A program made the translations under genes and the position numbers. DNA of 64,000 nt from Candidatus Nomurabacteria bacterium. GTDB lineage: Bacteria; Patescibacteriota; Minisyncoccia; Phycocordibacterales; UBA9973. Location of the stretch: NCBI GenBank assembly GCA_023267215.1, contig JAHFNS010000001.1:174710-238709 (forward strand), read 5' to 3'. The stretch's first letter is position 1. Each line of letters begins with the position of its first letter. Under the pieces are notes generated by a model, which worked only from the letters and a program-made list of their open reading frames with translations, did no database searches and was not told the origin of the DNA. This document shows, piece after piece, positions 1 through 9,206 of this stretch.

Positions 1-13
1 TATTCCTGAATTT

Positions 14-1438
14 TTAATAACCTTCTATAAACCTATATAGAAGTCTGACTGGAGTGCCTAGGGCGCCGCCTGCGAGGTTTTCGCCTTGTATTGCAGTCAT
101 ACGAGGGGCCATGTCTATGTGTATCCATTTATGACCTTTTATGAATTGGTAGAGAAAAATAGCTGCATAGATAGCTCCGCCATATCCCCCATCTTTATTT
201 TTAACATTCGTCCAATCCCCGAGCGAACCTTTGATTTCATTTTCATATTCTTCCCACATAGGCAATCTCCAAACATAATCCCCTGTCTCTTCTCCAGCTT
301 TTTCTATTGCTTTAGATAAATTGTCATCATCAGTAAAAATTGCCGAAGCTCTCTCGCCAAGTGCGACCATCGCAGCACCAGTCAAAGTCGCAATGTCTAT
401 AACGACTTCTGGTTTATATTTTTGAGAATAAGTTAATGCATCAGCTAAGATGACTCTGCCTTCGGCATCAGTATTTAAAATCTCAATCGTTTTACCGGAC
501 ATTGAGCGAATGACATCTCCTGGACGATAACTTTTCCCCGATGCCATATTTTCAACGGCCGGTATGAGCCCGATGACATTCTTTTTCAATTTCATTTTTG
601 CAACCAGAGCGAGGGTGTGGATGACAGCGGCACCACCAGACATATCCATATTCATACCGAGAAGACTATTTGAGGGTTTCAAATTTATTCCTCCAGTATC
701 AAATGTCACACCTTTGCCGACGAGGACAATAGGTTTCTCATTTTTCTTTCCGCCAGCGTATTCCATAATGATAAATTTAGATTCTTCGTCTGAACCACGG
801 CCGACAGAAAGTATCGCTCGCATTTTTTGCTTTTCCATTTCTTTTTCACCAAGTACAGTGACTTTCACAGGTAGATTTTTTACGGCTTCTTTTGCTTTTT
901 GCGCCAAAATTTGAGGAGTCATATCTCCACCTGGCATATTTGCAAGTGTCCTAGTCTTGTTCACTTCTTCTGCAATAGTGTGGCCTTTAAGAATGGATTT
1001 TTCAATATCCCCGAAAGACGGTCTTTGAGGAGTTCCCAAAAGACCGTCTTTGGGAGAATCTATACCAGAAATAATAATTTCTTTTACAAAATTAAAACCT
1101 TCTTCTGTCGGTGTTTTATATTCCACAAATTCATAATTTGCAAAATCTAGTTGAGAACCGATGAGTTCTCCCAATTCTGTATCTGTTAATTTAATATTTT
1201 TAAATTTAAAATCAGAAAAATCAAAAGCAATCTTTTCCGCTTTTATTCCTTTTGCCATTGTCACCATTTTACGGACAAGCAAAAAAAGCTTTCTCAAAGT
1301 CATTTTCTCATCGCATTTCAAAAAGAATGTTTTTGCACCATTTTCTTTTATAATCTCATCTTTATTTTTAGAACCGACAGATACAAAAAGAACTTCTCCT
1401 TTTACATCTTTTGGGTTGTTTTTAAATGCTATTTTCAT
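14..1438 (-). CDS. pepA: Leucyl aminopeptidase (M17)
   Basis: VGKGVTFDTGG, DMSGGA, NTDAEGR, DIATLTGA motifs. Confidence 0.95.
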   Translation of the reverse strand: MKIAFKNNPKDVKGEVLFVSVGSKNKDEIIKENGAKTFFLKCDEKMTLRKLFLLVRKMVTMAKGIKAEKIAFDFSDFKFKNIKLTDTELGELIGSQLDFANYEFVEYKTPTEEGFNFVKEIIISGIDSPKDGLLGTPQRPSFGDIEKSILKGHTIAEEVNKTRTLANMPGGDMTPQILAQKAKEAVKNLPVKVTVLGEKEMEKQKMRAILSVGRGSDEESKFIIMEYAGGKKNEKPIVLVGKGVTFDTGGINLKPSNSLLGMNMDMSGGAAVIHTLALVAKMKLKKNVIGLIPAVENMASGKSYRPGDVIRSMSGKTIEILNTDAEGRVILADALTYSQKYKPEVVIDIATLTGAAMVALGERASAIFTDDDNLSKAIEKAGEETGDYVWRLPMWEEYENEIKGSLGDWTNVKNKDGGYGGAIYAAIFLYQFIKGHKWIHIDMAPRMTAIQGENLAGGALGTPVRLLYRFIEGY

Positions 1439-1442
1439 ATTT

Positions 1443-2792
1443 TTAAAATCCTTCTTCTGTTAATCTTTCATCTATTCTATTCATATCTCGTGGAAACATA
1501 CAAGCTTCACGAATATTTTTTAGACCTAAAAGTTGCATAGTGATACGTTCAGCTCCAAAAGCAAAACCTCCTTCAGGCGGAACTCCATATTTGAAAGCTT
1601 CAAGAAACATTTTTATTTTAGCCGGATCCATTTTCCAAATTTTTACATGCTCCATGAGCTGGTCATAATCATTGATTCTGCGTCCACCAGAGAGCCATTC
1701 TACTCCACGACAAATGAGATCCACGCCTTCATTGTATTCTGGCTCTTCTTTACTTGGATAAATGTAAAATGGTTTTTTTAGTGTTGGATATCCGTAAATA
1801 AATACGAAATCCGAACCAGTCTCTTCTTTTATTATTTCACAAATTTGTCTTTCATCTTCTCCGTTTGTATCTTTTTCTCCACGAACATCACGACCAAATT
1901 TTTCAAAAATCTTTTGTTGAACTTCTCTTAAAGAAAGTGTTGGCGTTTTGTCTGTCATTGTCGGAAGAGTAACCCCTAACAATTTCAAATGTTCTTTGTT
2001 TTTTGTCTCTACTTGTTTCAAAATGTATCTTACTGTTTCTTCAGCCATATCTCGCACATCTGTCCATGAATCAATGAAGGCCATCTCTGCATCAAGTGAA
2101 ACCACTTCCGTCAAATGTCTAGTGGTTGAAGATGGCTCTGCGCGGAAAACTTTATTCACAGAAAAAACTCTTTCAAATGCTGACATCACGATTTGTTTGT
2201 AAAGTTGAGGAGATTGAGAAAGAAAAGCTTTTTTATCAAAATAATCAATCTTAAAAACTTCTGCTCCTCCTTCGGCAACAGCTGGAGATATACTAGGAGC
2301 TTGAAATTCAAAAAACATATTCTTTTTCATAAATTCCCTGAAAGCATCTATTACTGTTTCCTGTATTTTGAAAATTGCTTGTATTTTTGGTTGTCTTAAA
2401 ACTAACGCTCTATTATCAAGTTCTGCGGTCAACTCTAGATTATACCCACCAAGAGACATATCAAAAGGAAGAGGTGCTGCTTCGGATAAAATTTCAATAT
2501 TTAAAATTTCAAGTTCTATGTCGCCATTTAATACATCTGCTTTCACATTTCTCTCTGGACGCTTGTTTACTAAACCAGTGATCTTGAGAACCCATTCGAG
2601 TCTGATTTCTTTTGATTTTTCAATAACTTCCACATGAGAAGGTAATGCAACTACTTGCACTTTACCTGTCATATCTCGCATATCAAAAAATACCATTTTG
2701 CCTTGATCACGACGGACATCTACCCAGCCAGCTATGATGACTTCTTTGCCAACATTGTCTTTCAAATCTTTAATATAAATCCTATTTTTCAT
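1443..2792 (-). CDS. aspS: Aspartyl-tRNA synthetase, short archaeal/non-discriminating type
   Basis: N-terminal OB fold (GWV..RDQG), QSPQLYKQ, FRAEPS.T.RHL.E, GVPPEGGFAFGAER, FPRD; no GAD insertion. Confidence 0.92.
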   Translation of the reverse strand: MKNRIYIKDLKDNVGKEVIIAGWVDVRRDQGKMVFFDMRDMTGKVQVVALPSHVEVIEKSKEIRLEWVLKITGLVNKRPERNVKADVLNGDIELEILNIEILSEAAPLPFDMSLGGYNLELTAELDNRALVLRQPKIQAIFKIQETVIDAFREFMKKNMFFEFQAPSISPAVAEGGAEVFKIDYFDKKAFLSQSPQLYKQIVMSAFERVFSVNKVFRAEPSSTTRHLTEVVSLDAEMAFIDSWTDVRDMAEETVRYILKQVETKNKEHLKLLGVTLPTMTDKTPTLSLREVQQKIFEKFGRDVRGEKDTNGEDERQICEIIKEETGSDFVFIYGYPTLKKPFYIYPSKEEPEYNEGVDLICRGVEWLSGGRRINDYDQLMEHVKIWKMDPAKIKMFLEAFKYGVPPEGGFAFGAERITMQLLGLKNIREACMFPRDMNRIDERLTEEGF

Positions 2793-2819
2793 ATAAATAT
2801 TCTATCATATATTGAAAAT

Positions 2820-2856
2820 AAAAAAAGCGGAGAATATGATGGGTCCCCGCTTTCTT
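2820..2856. terminator. Probable intrinsic terminator downstream of the 75-aa ORF
   Basis: AAAAAAGCGG...CCGCTTT stem with A-tract. Confidence 0.5.
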
Positions 2857-2886
2857 AATTTACCCTTTCCTTTATTAAGAAGGGTT

Positions 2887-3114
2887 TTAAAATTTATCAA
2901 TAATTTTTAAAAGCGGATTGCTACGTGGCTCTGCAGGAAGCCACTTTCCACTTATTTCTCTTATGCATCGGCTTTTTCCCCAATCAGGGTTAACACCGAT
3001 AAATTTGTTTTTTAAAGTCAGGAATTTTCTTCCTGATTTTGTGGCTTCTGCAAGCCACTTTAAACAATTCTCTAGGTCGCCACTGGCGACTTGGGAATCA
3101 CAAGAATTAGACAT
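2887..3114 (-). CDS. Small hypothetical protein
   Basis: 75-aa ORF with AAGGAG SD upstream and terminator-like hairpin downstream. Confidence 0.55.
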   Translation of the reverse strand: MSNSCDSQVASGDLENCLKWLAEATKSGRKFLTLKNKFIGVNPDWGKSRCIREISGKWLPAEPRSNPLLKIIDKF

Positions 3115-3447
3115 AAGAACTCCTTATAAAATTGATAAAATATTTAAAACAGTAAGGAACTATTACCCTCAGACCCAAATTTCATTTATTATTTGGGACT
3201 GGTGTGTATGTTTCTAGAAAACTGAGAGCACACACATCAGACTCAAACGCAAAACTGACTTCGATTTTATTCGGAGCCAGTTTTGTTTTTGTATTATTTC
3301 AATTTTTCCAATTTATACAAAAGCAAATGGCTCCTTCTTAATGAGGGTGAGAATAAAGAGAACATTAATTTGTATATTTCTTAATTTCATAACTATATAA
3401 ACATATTAGCATAAAAAATAGAAACAACAACACACCTGTGGAAAACT

Positions 3448-4071
3448 CTAGACTTTTTCTACATTGAGCACTCTTCCATTTTTATCTAAAGAAACACAAA
3501 ATCCTTCTAAAAAATCGTAAGGCTTGATTTTCCAATCATAGTTTTTTATAAAAATATTTGCATTTTCAATCTTCATGTCATTTAAAAATAAAATTTCAAA
3601 AAATTTCATTACAAAAGCATGACTAATACAGACAGAACCATTGGGAATTTTTTTAAGTTTCTTGAAAAAAGAATCTATCCTCGCTATAACATCATTTACT
3701 TTCTCCTCATTTTTATCTTCCACAATACTTTTTACCACATTTTCACGCAATAAATTTACATTGAAATCTTTATTTTCTGGTGTAACAAAATTAGCTACTG
3801 AAAATTTAATTTCCTTTAATTCTGGTAAAATTTTTATGGGTAAATCAAAAAGCTTAGCTGTCTGTACGCAACGAGACACTGGCGAAGATAGGATATATTT
3901 AATTTTAAAATTTTTCTTTAAATTCTTAACTCTTTTAATTGTTTTTTCTGTATTCGTATCTAACAATGGATCATTTAACTGTAAACCATTTAAATCAAAA
4001 CTAGAAATCAAATCCATCCCTGGTATTAGGTCTAGATATATTGCTGGTCTTAAAAATAGTATTTTTTTCAT
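3448..4071 (-). CDS. Histidine phosphatase superfamily protein with degenerate RHG motif
   Basis: LFLRPA (RHG position), ILSSPVSRCVQTA, ELKEI, CISHAFVMK; alternative TTG start at 4125. Confidence 0.7.
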   Translation of the reverse strand: MKKILFLRPAIYLDLIPGMDLISSFDLNGLQLNDPLLDTNTEKTIKRVKNLKKNFKIKYILSSPVSRCVQTAKLFDLPIKILPELKEIKFSVANFVTPENKDFNVNLLRENVVKSIVEDKNEEKVNDVIARIDSFFKKLKKIPNGSVCISHAFVMKFFEILFLNDMKIENANIFIKNYDWKIKPYDFLEGFCVSLDKNGRVLNVEKV

Positions 4072-4114
4072 AATTTTAATAAAGAAGCAGAGAAAATTTT
4101 CTCTGCTTAATAAT

Positions 4115-4786
4115 TTAATAAACAATTACTTCTAATTTTTGTCTATTTTGAGCTAAAAAAGAATGATTTTTTGTTATTCCTCTCAAATTTTCAGTTGCAT
4201 AATTCATAAGAATTTTCTTATTCATTTCATACATGATTTCTCTCAAAAGTATGTATTGAGCATAATGTCTAATTTGAAGTTTGCTTGTTTCTTCTATACT
4301 CAATTCTCTATTATACTGCAAAGAATATCTCTCTTTCCTTTTTTCCTGATAAAGAAGAAAAAAATAATTTAATTCAGAATCTGTGGGTAAAGAATCTCTT
4401 ATTTTGTCTTCTAGCTCATATTGACGAATATGCCAATTTTTAAACTGATTACTAAACAAAGAAACTTTTCCTTTAATATCTTGACTTAAAATTTCTTGAC
4501 TAAACTTAATTTCAGAGGTTTTTATATTGTCTCTTGGAAAATCAATGAAAATATCTTCCTCTGTATCGGCTATTAGAAATATAAAGAAGTTTTTTGGATA
4601 TTTACTTTGAACTTCTGACACTGCCTGAAGAGCTGAAATCATAAGAGAAGAAACACCATCAGAAATTCCCCCAGGAATATAATCTGGACAAAGTGGAACA
4701 AAAATTTCATTTCCATCTTCTAATATTTTTGGAAGCCTTCTCGAGGCTTCTTGTTTTTGAAAAGAAAAAATCTTGTTACTTATCAT
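4115..4786 (-). CDS. Hypothetical protein, possible HUP/Rossmann-like enzyme
   Basis: 223-aa ORF with GGAGG SD; IFVPLCPDY and FFIFLIADTE strand motifs. Confidence 0.6.
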   Translation of the reverse strand: MISNKIFSFQKQEASRRLPKILEDGNEIFVPLCPDYIPGGISDGVSSLMISALQAVSEVQSKYPKNFFIFLIADTEEDIFIDFPRDNIKTSEIKFSQEILSQDIKGKVSLFSNQFKNWHIRQYELEDKIRDSLPTDSELNYFFLLYQEKRKERYSLQYNRELSIEETSKLQIRHYAQYILLREIMYEMNKKILMNYATENLRGITKNHSFLAQNRQKLEVIVY

Positions 4787-4847
4787 TCTGTAGTCCCTCC
4801 TAGGACTTTTTTAACTAATTAATTTTTAAAGAACAAAATACTCTCTC

Positions 4848-4898
4848 CTTCTGCTATCATGTACTAGTACATGATAGCAGAAGAAAAAAGTAATGCAA
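4848..4898 (-). promoter_or_regulatory. Sigma70 promoter overlapped by a perfect 36-bp palindrome (candidate TrpR-family operator)
   Basis: Minus strand TTGCAT-16-TATCAT with TG extension; palindrome CTTCTGCTATCATGTACT|AGTACATGATAGCAGAAG at 4848-4883. Confidence 0.65.
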
Positions 4899-4945
4899 GT
4901 GCATTTTATATAAAAACTGTGGATAACCCACAATCTCTTTTTTTA

Positions 4946-5233
4946 TTATTTACTTAATTTTTTTAACACTAAATGAAAACCCCCATTTTTATTACGAAGT
5001 TCGCGAGACCCTCTAGTGACCGTGCTTATACCAATACCTAAATCCCCTGCTATGTCTCTATGTTTCTCGTTTTTGTTAAGCCTCTTCACTATTTGCCATC
5101 TTATACAAATTTCATCAAATTCTGCAGGTGTCAAAATATCTCTCAAAAATTCAAATATTAATTCCTTATCTGTAGAAATTTTTGAAAAAACTTCTATAAT
5201 CTCCTTTTTGTATTGTGCGGAATTTTTTTTCAT
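4946..5233 (-). CDS. trpR: TrpR/YerC-family transcriptional repressor
   Basis: FLRDILTPAE..EI..RW, HTH HRDIAGDLGIGISTVTRGSREL; directly downstream of trpS. Confidence 0.85.
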   Translation of the reverse strand: MKKNSAQYKKEIIEVFSKISTDKELIFEFLRDILTPAEFDEICIRWQIVKRLNKNEKHRDIAGDLGIGISTVTRGSRELRNKNGGFHLVLKKLSK

Positions 5234-5236
5234 TTT

Positions 5237-6244
5237 TTAAAAATAATCAATCTTGATAGCTTTTTTAACTTTAGCCATTGTCTTTTTAGCTTCTTCTCTT
5301 GCCTTTTTTGTCCCATCTTCTAAAATCTTCATAACCTCTTCTGGGTGCTTTTCGAATTCTTTTCTTTTTTCACGAATTGGTTTAATTAATTTTTCTAAAA
5401 CCTCTATCAATCTTTTCTTAATAACAACATCTCCTAAACCACCCTTTTCATATTGCTTTTTTAATTCTAGAACTTCTTCTTTATTTTCATCAAAAATATC
5501 TAAATAAGTAAAGACAATATTTCCTTCTACTTTACCTTTATCTTCCACATGAATGTGGTTCGGGTCAGTATACATATTCATAACTTTTTTTGAAATTTCA
5601 TCATAACTATCTGAAAGATAAATACCATTATTAAGAGATTTACCCATTTTAGAATTTCCATCAGTGCCAATTAACCTCGGGATATCTCCCACTAAATGCT
5701 TTACACGTTTAAATGTTTCTCCGTAGAAACGATTGAAGTCGTCCACAATTTCATTCACTTGTTCAATAACTGGTAATTGATCTTCACCGACTGGAATTAA
5801 ATTTGATTCTGCAAAAAGAATATCCGCTGCTTGAGAAACAGGATAAGTTAAAAATCCAGCGGGAACATCTTCTCCATACCCTTTGTCTTTCATTTCACTT
5901 TTTACAGTCGGGTTCCTCTTCAATCGAGCAAGTGTCACCAAATTTAAAAACAAAACTGTAAGCTCTGCAATTTCTGGAATTTCTGATTGAATAAACATAA
6001 TAGTTTTTTTAGGGTCAAGACCACAAGCCAGATTATCAAGGGCAACTTCTAAAACATTTGCTCTAACTTTTTCTGGATTTTGTGCATTATCGGTAAGTGC
6101 TTGAATATCCGCAACCATATAAAAAGATTTATCGGCTTCATCTTGAAGTTTAACTCTATTTCTTATAGACCCGACAAAATGACCCAAATGGAGTTTACCC
6201 GTTGGGCGATCACCCGTGAGCACTATTTTTTCATCTTTTACCAT
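5237..6244 (-). CDS. trpS: Tryptophanyl-tRNA synthetase
   Basis: TGDRPTGKLHLGH, YPVSQAADIL, PVGEDQ, KMGKS. Confidence 0.97.
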   Translation of the reverse strand: MVKDEKIVLTGDRPTGKLHLGHFVGSIRNRVKLQDEADKSFYMVADIQALTDNAQNPEKVRANVLEVALDNLACGLDPKKTIMFIQSEIPEIAELTVLFLNLVTLARLKRNPTVKSEMKDKGYGEDVPAGFLTYPVSQAADILFAESNLIPVGEDQLPVIEQVNEIVDDFNRFYGETFKRVKHLVGDIPRLIGTDGNSKMGKSLNNGIYLSDSYDEISKKVMNMYTDPNHIHVEDKGKVEGNIVFTYLDIFDENKEEVLELKKQYEKGGLGDVVIKKRLIEVLEKLIKPIREKRKEFEKHPEEVMKILEDGTKKAREEAKKTMAKVKKAIKIDYF

Positions 6245-6302
6245 ATAAATATATTACCATATTTGTCCCCATTTTAATAACATATTTAATAACTTTTCGT
6301 CT

Positions 6303-6329
6303 TTGACTATTTTTTTAAAGTGCTAGAAT
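6303..6329 (+). promoter_or_regulatory. Promoter for probably leaderless dnaB
   Basis: TTGACT...TGcTAGAAT, 6 nt before the ATG. Confidence 0.55.
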
Positions 6330-6335
6330 AACCAA

Positions 6336-7730
6336 ATGATAAAAGCAAAAAAAGATATAAATATACGTATTCCTCCTCAAAATATACCTTCTGAGCAGGC
6401 AGTGCTTGGTTCTATAATGCTCCGCAAAGATGCTATCCATGAAGTAGAAGATGTGATCACTCCAGATTCTTTTTACGTTGAAAAACACAAAATAATTTTC
6501 AGAGCAATGCTTGACCTCTCTCTTAAAAATGAACCAATAGATATGCTTTCTCTTTCTACAAAATTAGGTGAACAGAAAGTTTTAGAAAGAATTGGGGGTA
6601 ATCAATATTTAGCAGAAATAGCAAATATTGTCCCTTCTTCTGTAAATGTAAAACACTATGCCGAAATTGTACAAAAAAAATACGTTTTAAGAAGTTTAAT
6701 AGAAGCAGCAGATTATGTATCTGAACTTGGTTTTGAAGAAGGTGATGACCATATGGATGACATTTTAGATATGGCAGAAAAAAGAATTTTTAGCGTGATC
6801 TCTTCTCCTAAAAATCAAAAATATACGAATTTAAAAGATGCCTTACCTGAAGCATGGGAACGTCTTGAAAAATTACATGAACACAAAGGAGCTCTCAGAG
6901 GATTGCCGACTGGTTTCAAAGATTTGGATAGTACTCTTTCTGGTTTACAAAAGTCTGATCTAATTATTTTAGCCGCTCGTCCTTCTATGGGTAAAACGAC
7001 TCTGGCACTCGACATCGCTCGTATGTCTTCTGTTGTTCATGATAAATCTGTTTTAATTTTTTCCTTAGAAATGTCTTCTCAACAATTAGTAGATAGAATG
7101 CTTTCAGCACAATCTCGAGTAAATGCTTGGAACTTACGTACTGGACATTTGTCTTCTGATAGAGATTTTTCTCAACTTCGAGATTCATTAGATAAACTTG
7201 CTAAAGCAAAAATATATATTGATGATCAACCTGGCAATTCTATCGTTCGAATGAAAGCTCTTGCTCGCAGATTAAAAGCTGAAAAAGGATTGGATCTTAT
7301 AATCGTAGATTACTTACAACTTATGACTACTTCTAAAAATTATGATTCTATGGTCAATCAAGTGACAGAAATTTCAAGATCTTTAAAGAGCCTAGCAAAA
7401 GAACTCGATGTGCCCGTGCTCGCCCTCTCGCAGCTTTCTCGTGCTGTGGAATCTCGTGGAGGCAAACCAAGACTATCCGATCTTCGTGATTCAGGATCTA
7501 TCGAGCAGGATGCCGACGTCGTGATGTTTATTCATAGAGAAGATAAAGGCAAAGACGAATCTGAGAAAACAAACATTGCTGAAATATTGATTGAAAAACA
7601 CAGAAATGGTCCTACTGGTAAAGTTGATCTTTACTTTGATGAAAAAACAACTACCTTCTTAAATCTTGAAAAAAGTAGCTTGAGTGAATTTACCCAACCA
7701 AAAGTTAGTGGAGAGTTGGATGAGTTTTAA
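6336..7730 (+). CDS. dnaB: Replicative DNA helicase
   Basis: EQAVLG, AARPSMGKT, SLEMS, IVDYLQL, LSQLSR, DLRDSGSIEQDAD, KHRNGPTG. Confidence 0.98.
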   Translation: MIKAKKDINIRIPPQNIPSEQAVLGSIMLRKDAIHEVEDVITPDSFYVEKHKIIFRAMLDLSLKNEPIDMLSLSTKLGEQKVLERIGGNQYLAEIANIVPSSVNVKHYAEIVQKKYVLRSLIEAADYVSELGFEEGDDHMDDILDMAEKRIFSVISSPKNQKYTNLKDALPEAWERLEKLHEHKGALRGLPTGFKDLDSTLSGLQKSDLIILAARPSMGKTTLALDIARMSSVVHDKSVLIFSLEMSSQQLVDRMLSAQSRVNAWNLRTGHLSSDRDFSQLRDSLDKLAKAKIYIDDQPGNSIVRMKALARRLKAEKGLDLIIVDYLQLMTTSKNYDSMVNQVTEISRSLKSLAKELDVPVLALSQLSRAVESRGGKPRLSDLRDSGSIEQDADVVMFIHREDKGKDESEKTNIAEILIEKHRNGPTGKVDLYFDEKTTTFLNLEKSSLSEFTQPKVSGELDEF

Positions 7731-7740
7731 ATAAATAATT

Positions 7741-8373
7741 ATGAACACAATAGAAAGATTAACTGAAGTATTTAAAGAATTTCCAGGTATTGGGGAGAGA
7801 CAAGCAAAACGCTTTGTTTACTTTTTAATGTCTCGAGATGGAAGCTATTCTGACAATCTATCTAGTCTAGTGAAAGAATTAAAAAAGGAAGTATCTCAAT
7901 GTAAAGAATGTTTTAAATTTTTCCTTTTAGACTCAAACAATAAACTTTGCGAAATCTGCAGAGACCCAAATCTAGACTCTTCTGTACTTATGGTCGTCGA
8001 AAAAGATTCTGATTTAGAAAGTATGCATAAAAGTAGAATATATAATGGCAAATATTTTATCCTGGGAGGACTCGTGCCGATCGTGGAAAAAAATACAAAT
8101 TCAAGAATCAGAGTAAATGGACTTATAGAAAAAATAAAACGTGATTCAAAAGCCACACCAGAGGACGGACAAGCCTTAAAAGAAATTATTCTGGCTTTTT
8201 CATTGAGCCCTCAAGGCAACCATACAGACTTTTATATTCGCAACCAATTAAAACCCATCATTGAACCATTGGATATAAAAATTTCATCTTTGGGTAAAGG
8301 CCTCTCCACTGGCACCGAGCTCGAATACTCAGACAACGACACCCTCAAAAACGCTCTCAAAAATAGGCAATAA
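7741..8373 (+). CDS. recR: Recombination mediator RecR
   Basis: FPGIGERQAKR HhH, C4 zinc finger, TOPRIM domain, GTELEYSD. Confidence 0.93.
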   Translation: MNTIERLTEVFKEFPGIGERQAKRFVYFLMSRDGSYSDNLSSLVKELKKEVSQCKECFKFFLLDSNNKLCEICRDPNLDSSVLMVVEKDSDLESMHKSRIYNGKYFILGGLVPIVEKNTNSRIRVNGLIEKIKRDSKATPEDGQALKEIILAFSLSPQGNHTDFYIRNQLKPIIEPLDIKISSLGKGLSTGTELEYSDNDTLKNALKNRQ

Positions 8374-8400
8374 AAAATCCCGGAAACTAGTTCCGGGGAA
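8374..8400. terminator. Hairpin between convergent recR and ppnP-like gene
   Basis: CCCGGAA-ACTAG-TTCCGGG. Confidence 0.6.
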
Positions 8401-8401
8401 A

Positions 8402-8704
8402 TTAACTTTTGTAAAAACAAATATAACTGGCTACAAAAGTATCTACTTTTATATACACTTCAGTGCCAGATTTTACTATAAACTCTTGGTCAGTAAGAAG
8501 TAGCACTTCATTGTTGACTTTAAACATACCCGATGTTGCTTTCAACACCACTTCTTTTGAACTCATCTTTCCAAAAGGATAACTCCCAGGAAGTATAGTA
8601 CCAATAGAAATAATCTTTCTTCCATTTTCATCTACTACTTCAATGGTATCTACATTTCGTTGTCCTTCAAAATGAAGGACCCTAGGTATAGAAATATACT
8701 CCAT
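8402..8704 (-). CDS. Cupin, PpnP/YaiE-like nucleoside phosphorylase
   Basis: SIGTILPGSYPFG and C-terminal ASYICFY resemble PpnP; GAGG SD. Confidence 0.55.
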   Translation of the reverse strand: MEYISIPRVLHFEGQRNVDTIEVVDENGRKIISIGTILPGSYPFGKMSSKEVVLKATSGMFKVNNEVLLLTDQEFIVKSGTEVYIKVDTFVASYICFYKS

Positions 8705-8826
8705 TTTTTACCTCGCTCTTTGTTTAAAAAACATTTAACTAAATTCATGAACTAATATGATTTAGTAATAACATAAACACAAGAAAAAGTCTATTAAAAA
8801 ATAAAAACACCCCTTACGGGGCATTT

Positions 8827-9144
8827 TTATTTTATATCTAAGATTTTTACTTTAAAGAATGGCTGACGGTGACCGTTTCTTTTGAGATAACGTGATTTTT
8901 GTTTATATTTGACAACCATAACTTTCCTAGTACGGCCGATTTGGACGAGCTCCGCTTCGACACTTGCCTCTTTTATATAAGGTGTACCGATAGTGGTATT
9001 TTTCCCATCATCAACTAAGAGGACTTTGTCAAAGGAAATCTTGTCTCCGACTTTGTATTCCCCCTTCATTTTCTCAACAGAAACAACGCTGTCTTTTGAG
9101 ACTTTATACTGCTTTCCACCTGTTTGTATAACTGCAAATTTCAT
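8827..9144 (-). CDS. rplU: 50S ribosomal protein L21
   Basis: AVIQTGGKQYKV, IGTPY, GHRQPF. Confidence 0.97.
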   Translation of the reverse strand: MKFAVIQTGGKQYKVSKDSVVSVEKMKGEYKVGDKISFDKVLLVDDGKNTTIGTPYIKEASVEAELVQIGRTRKVMVVKYKQKSRYLKRNGHRQPFFKVKILDIK

Positions 9145-9206
9145 AAGATGTATATTATATTAATTTTCTTGAAAATGCAAGTCCAAGGTGTTATAATAAG
9201 CCTTAT

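Noticed and set aside
4848-4930. oriC at the palindrome and DnaA box
   Set aside because: Only one perfect box, no cluster and no dnaA/dnaN nearby; a promoter/operator explains it better.
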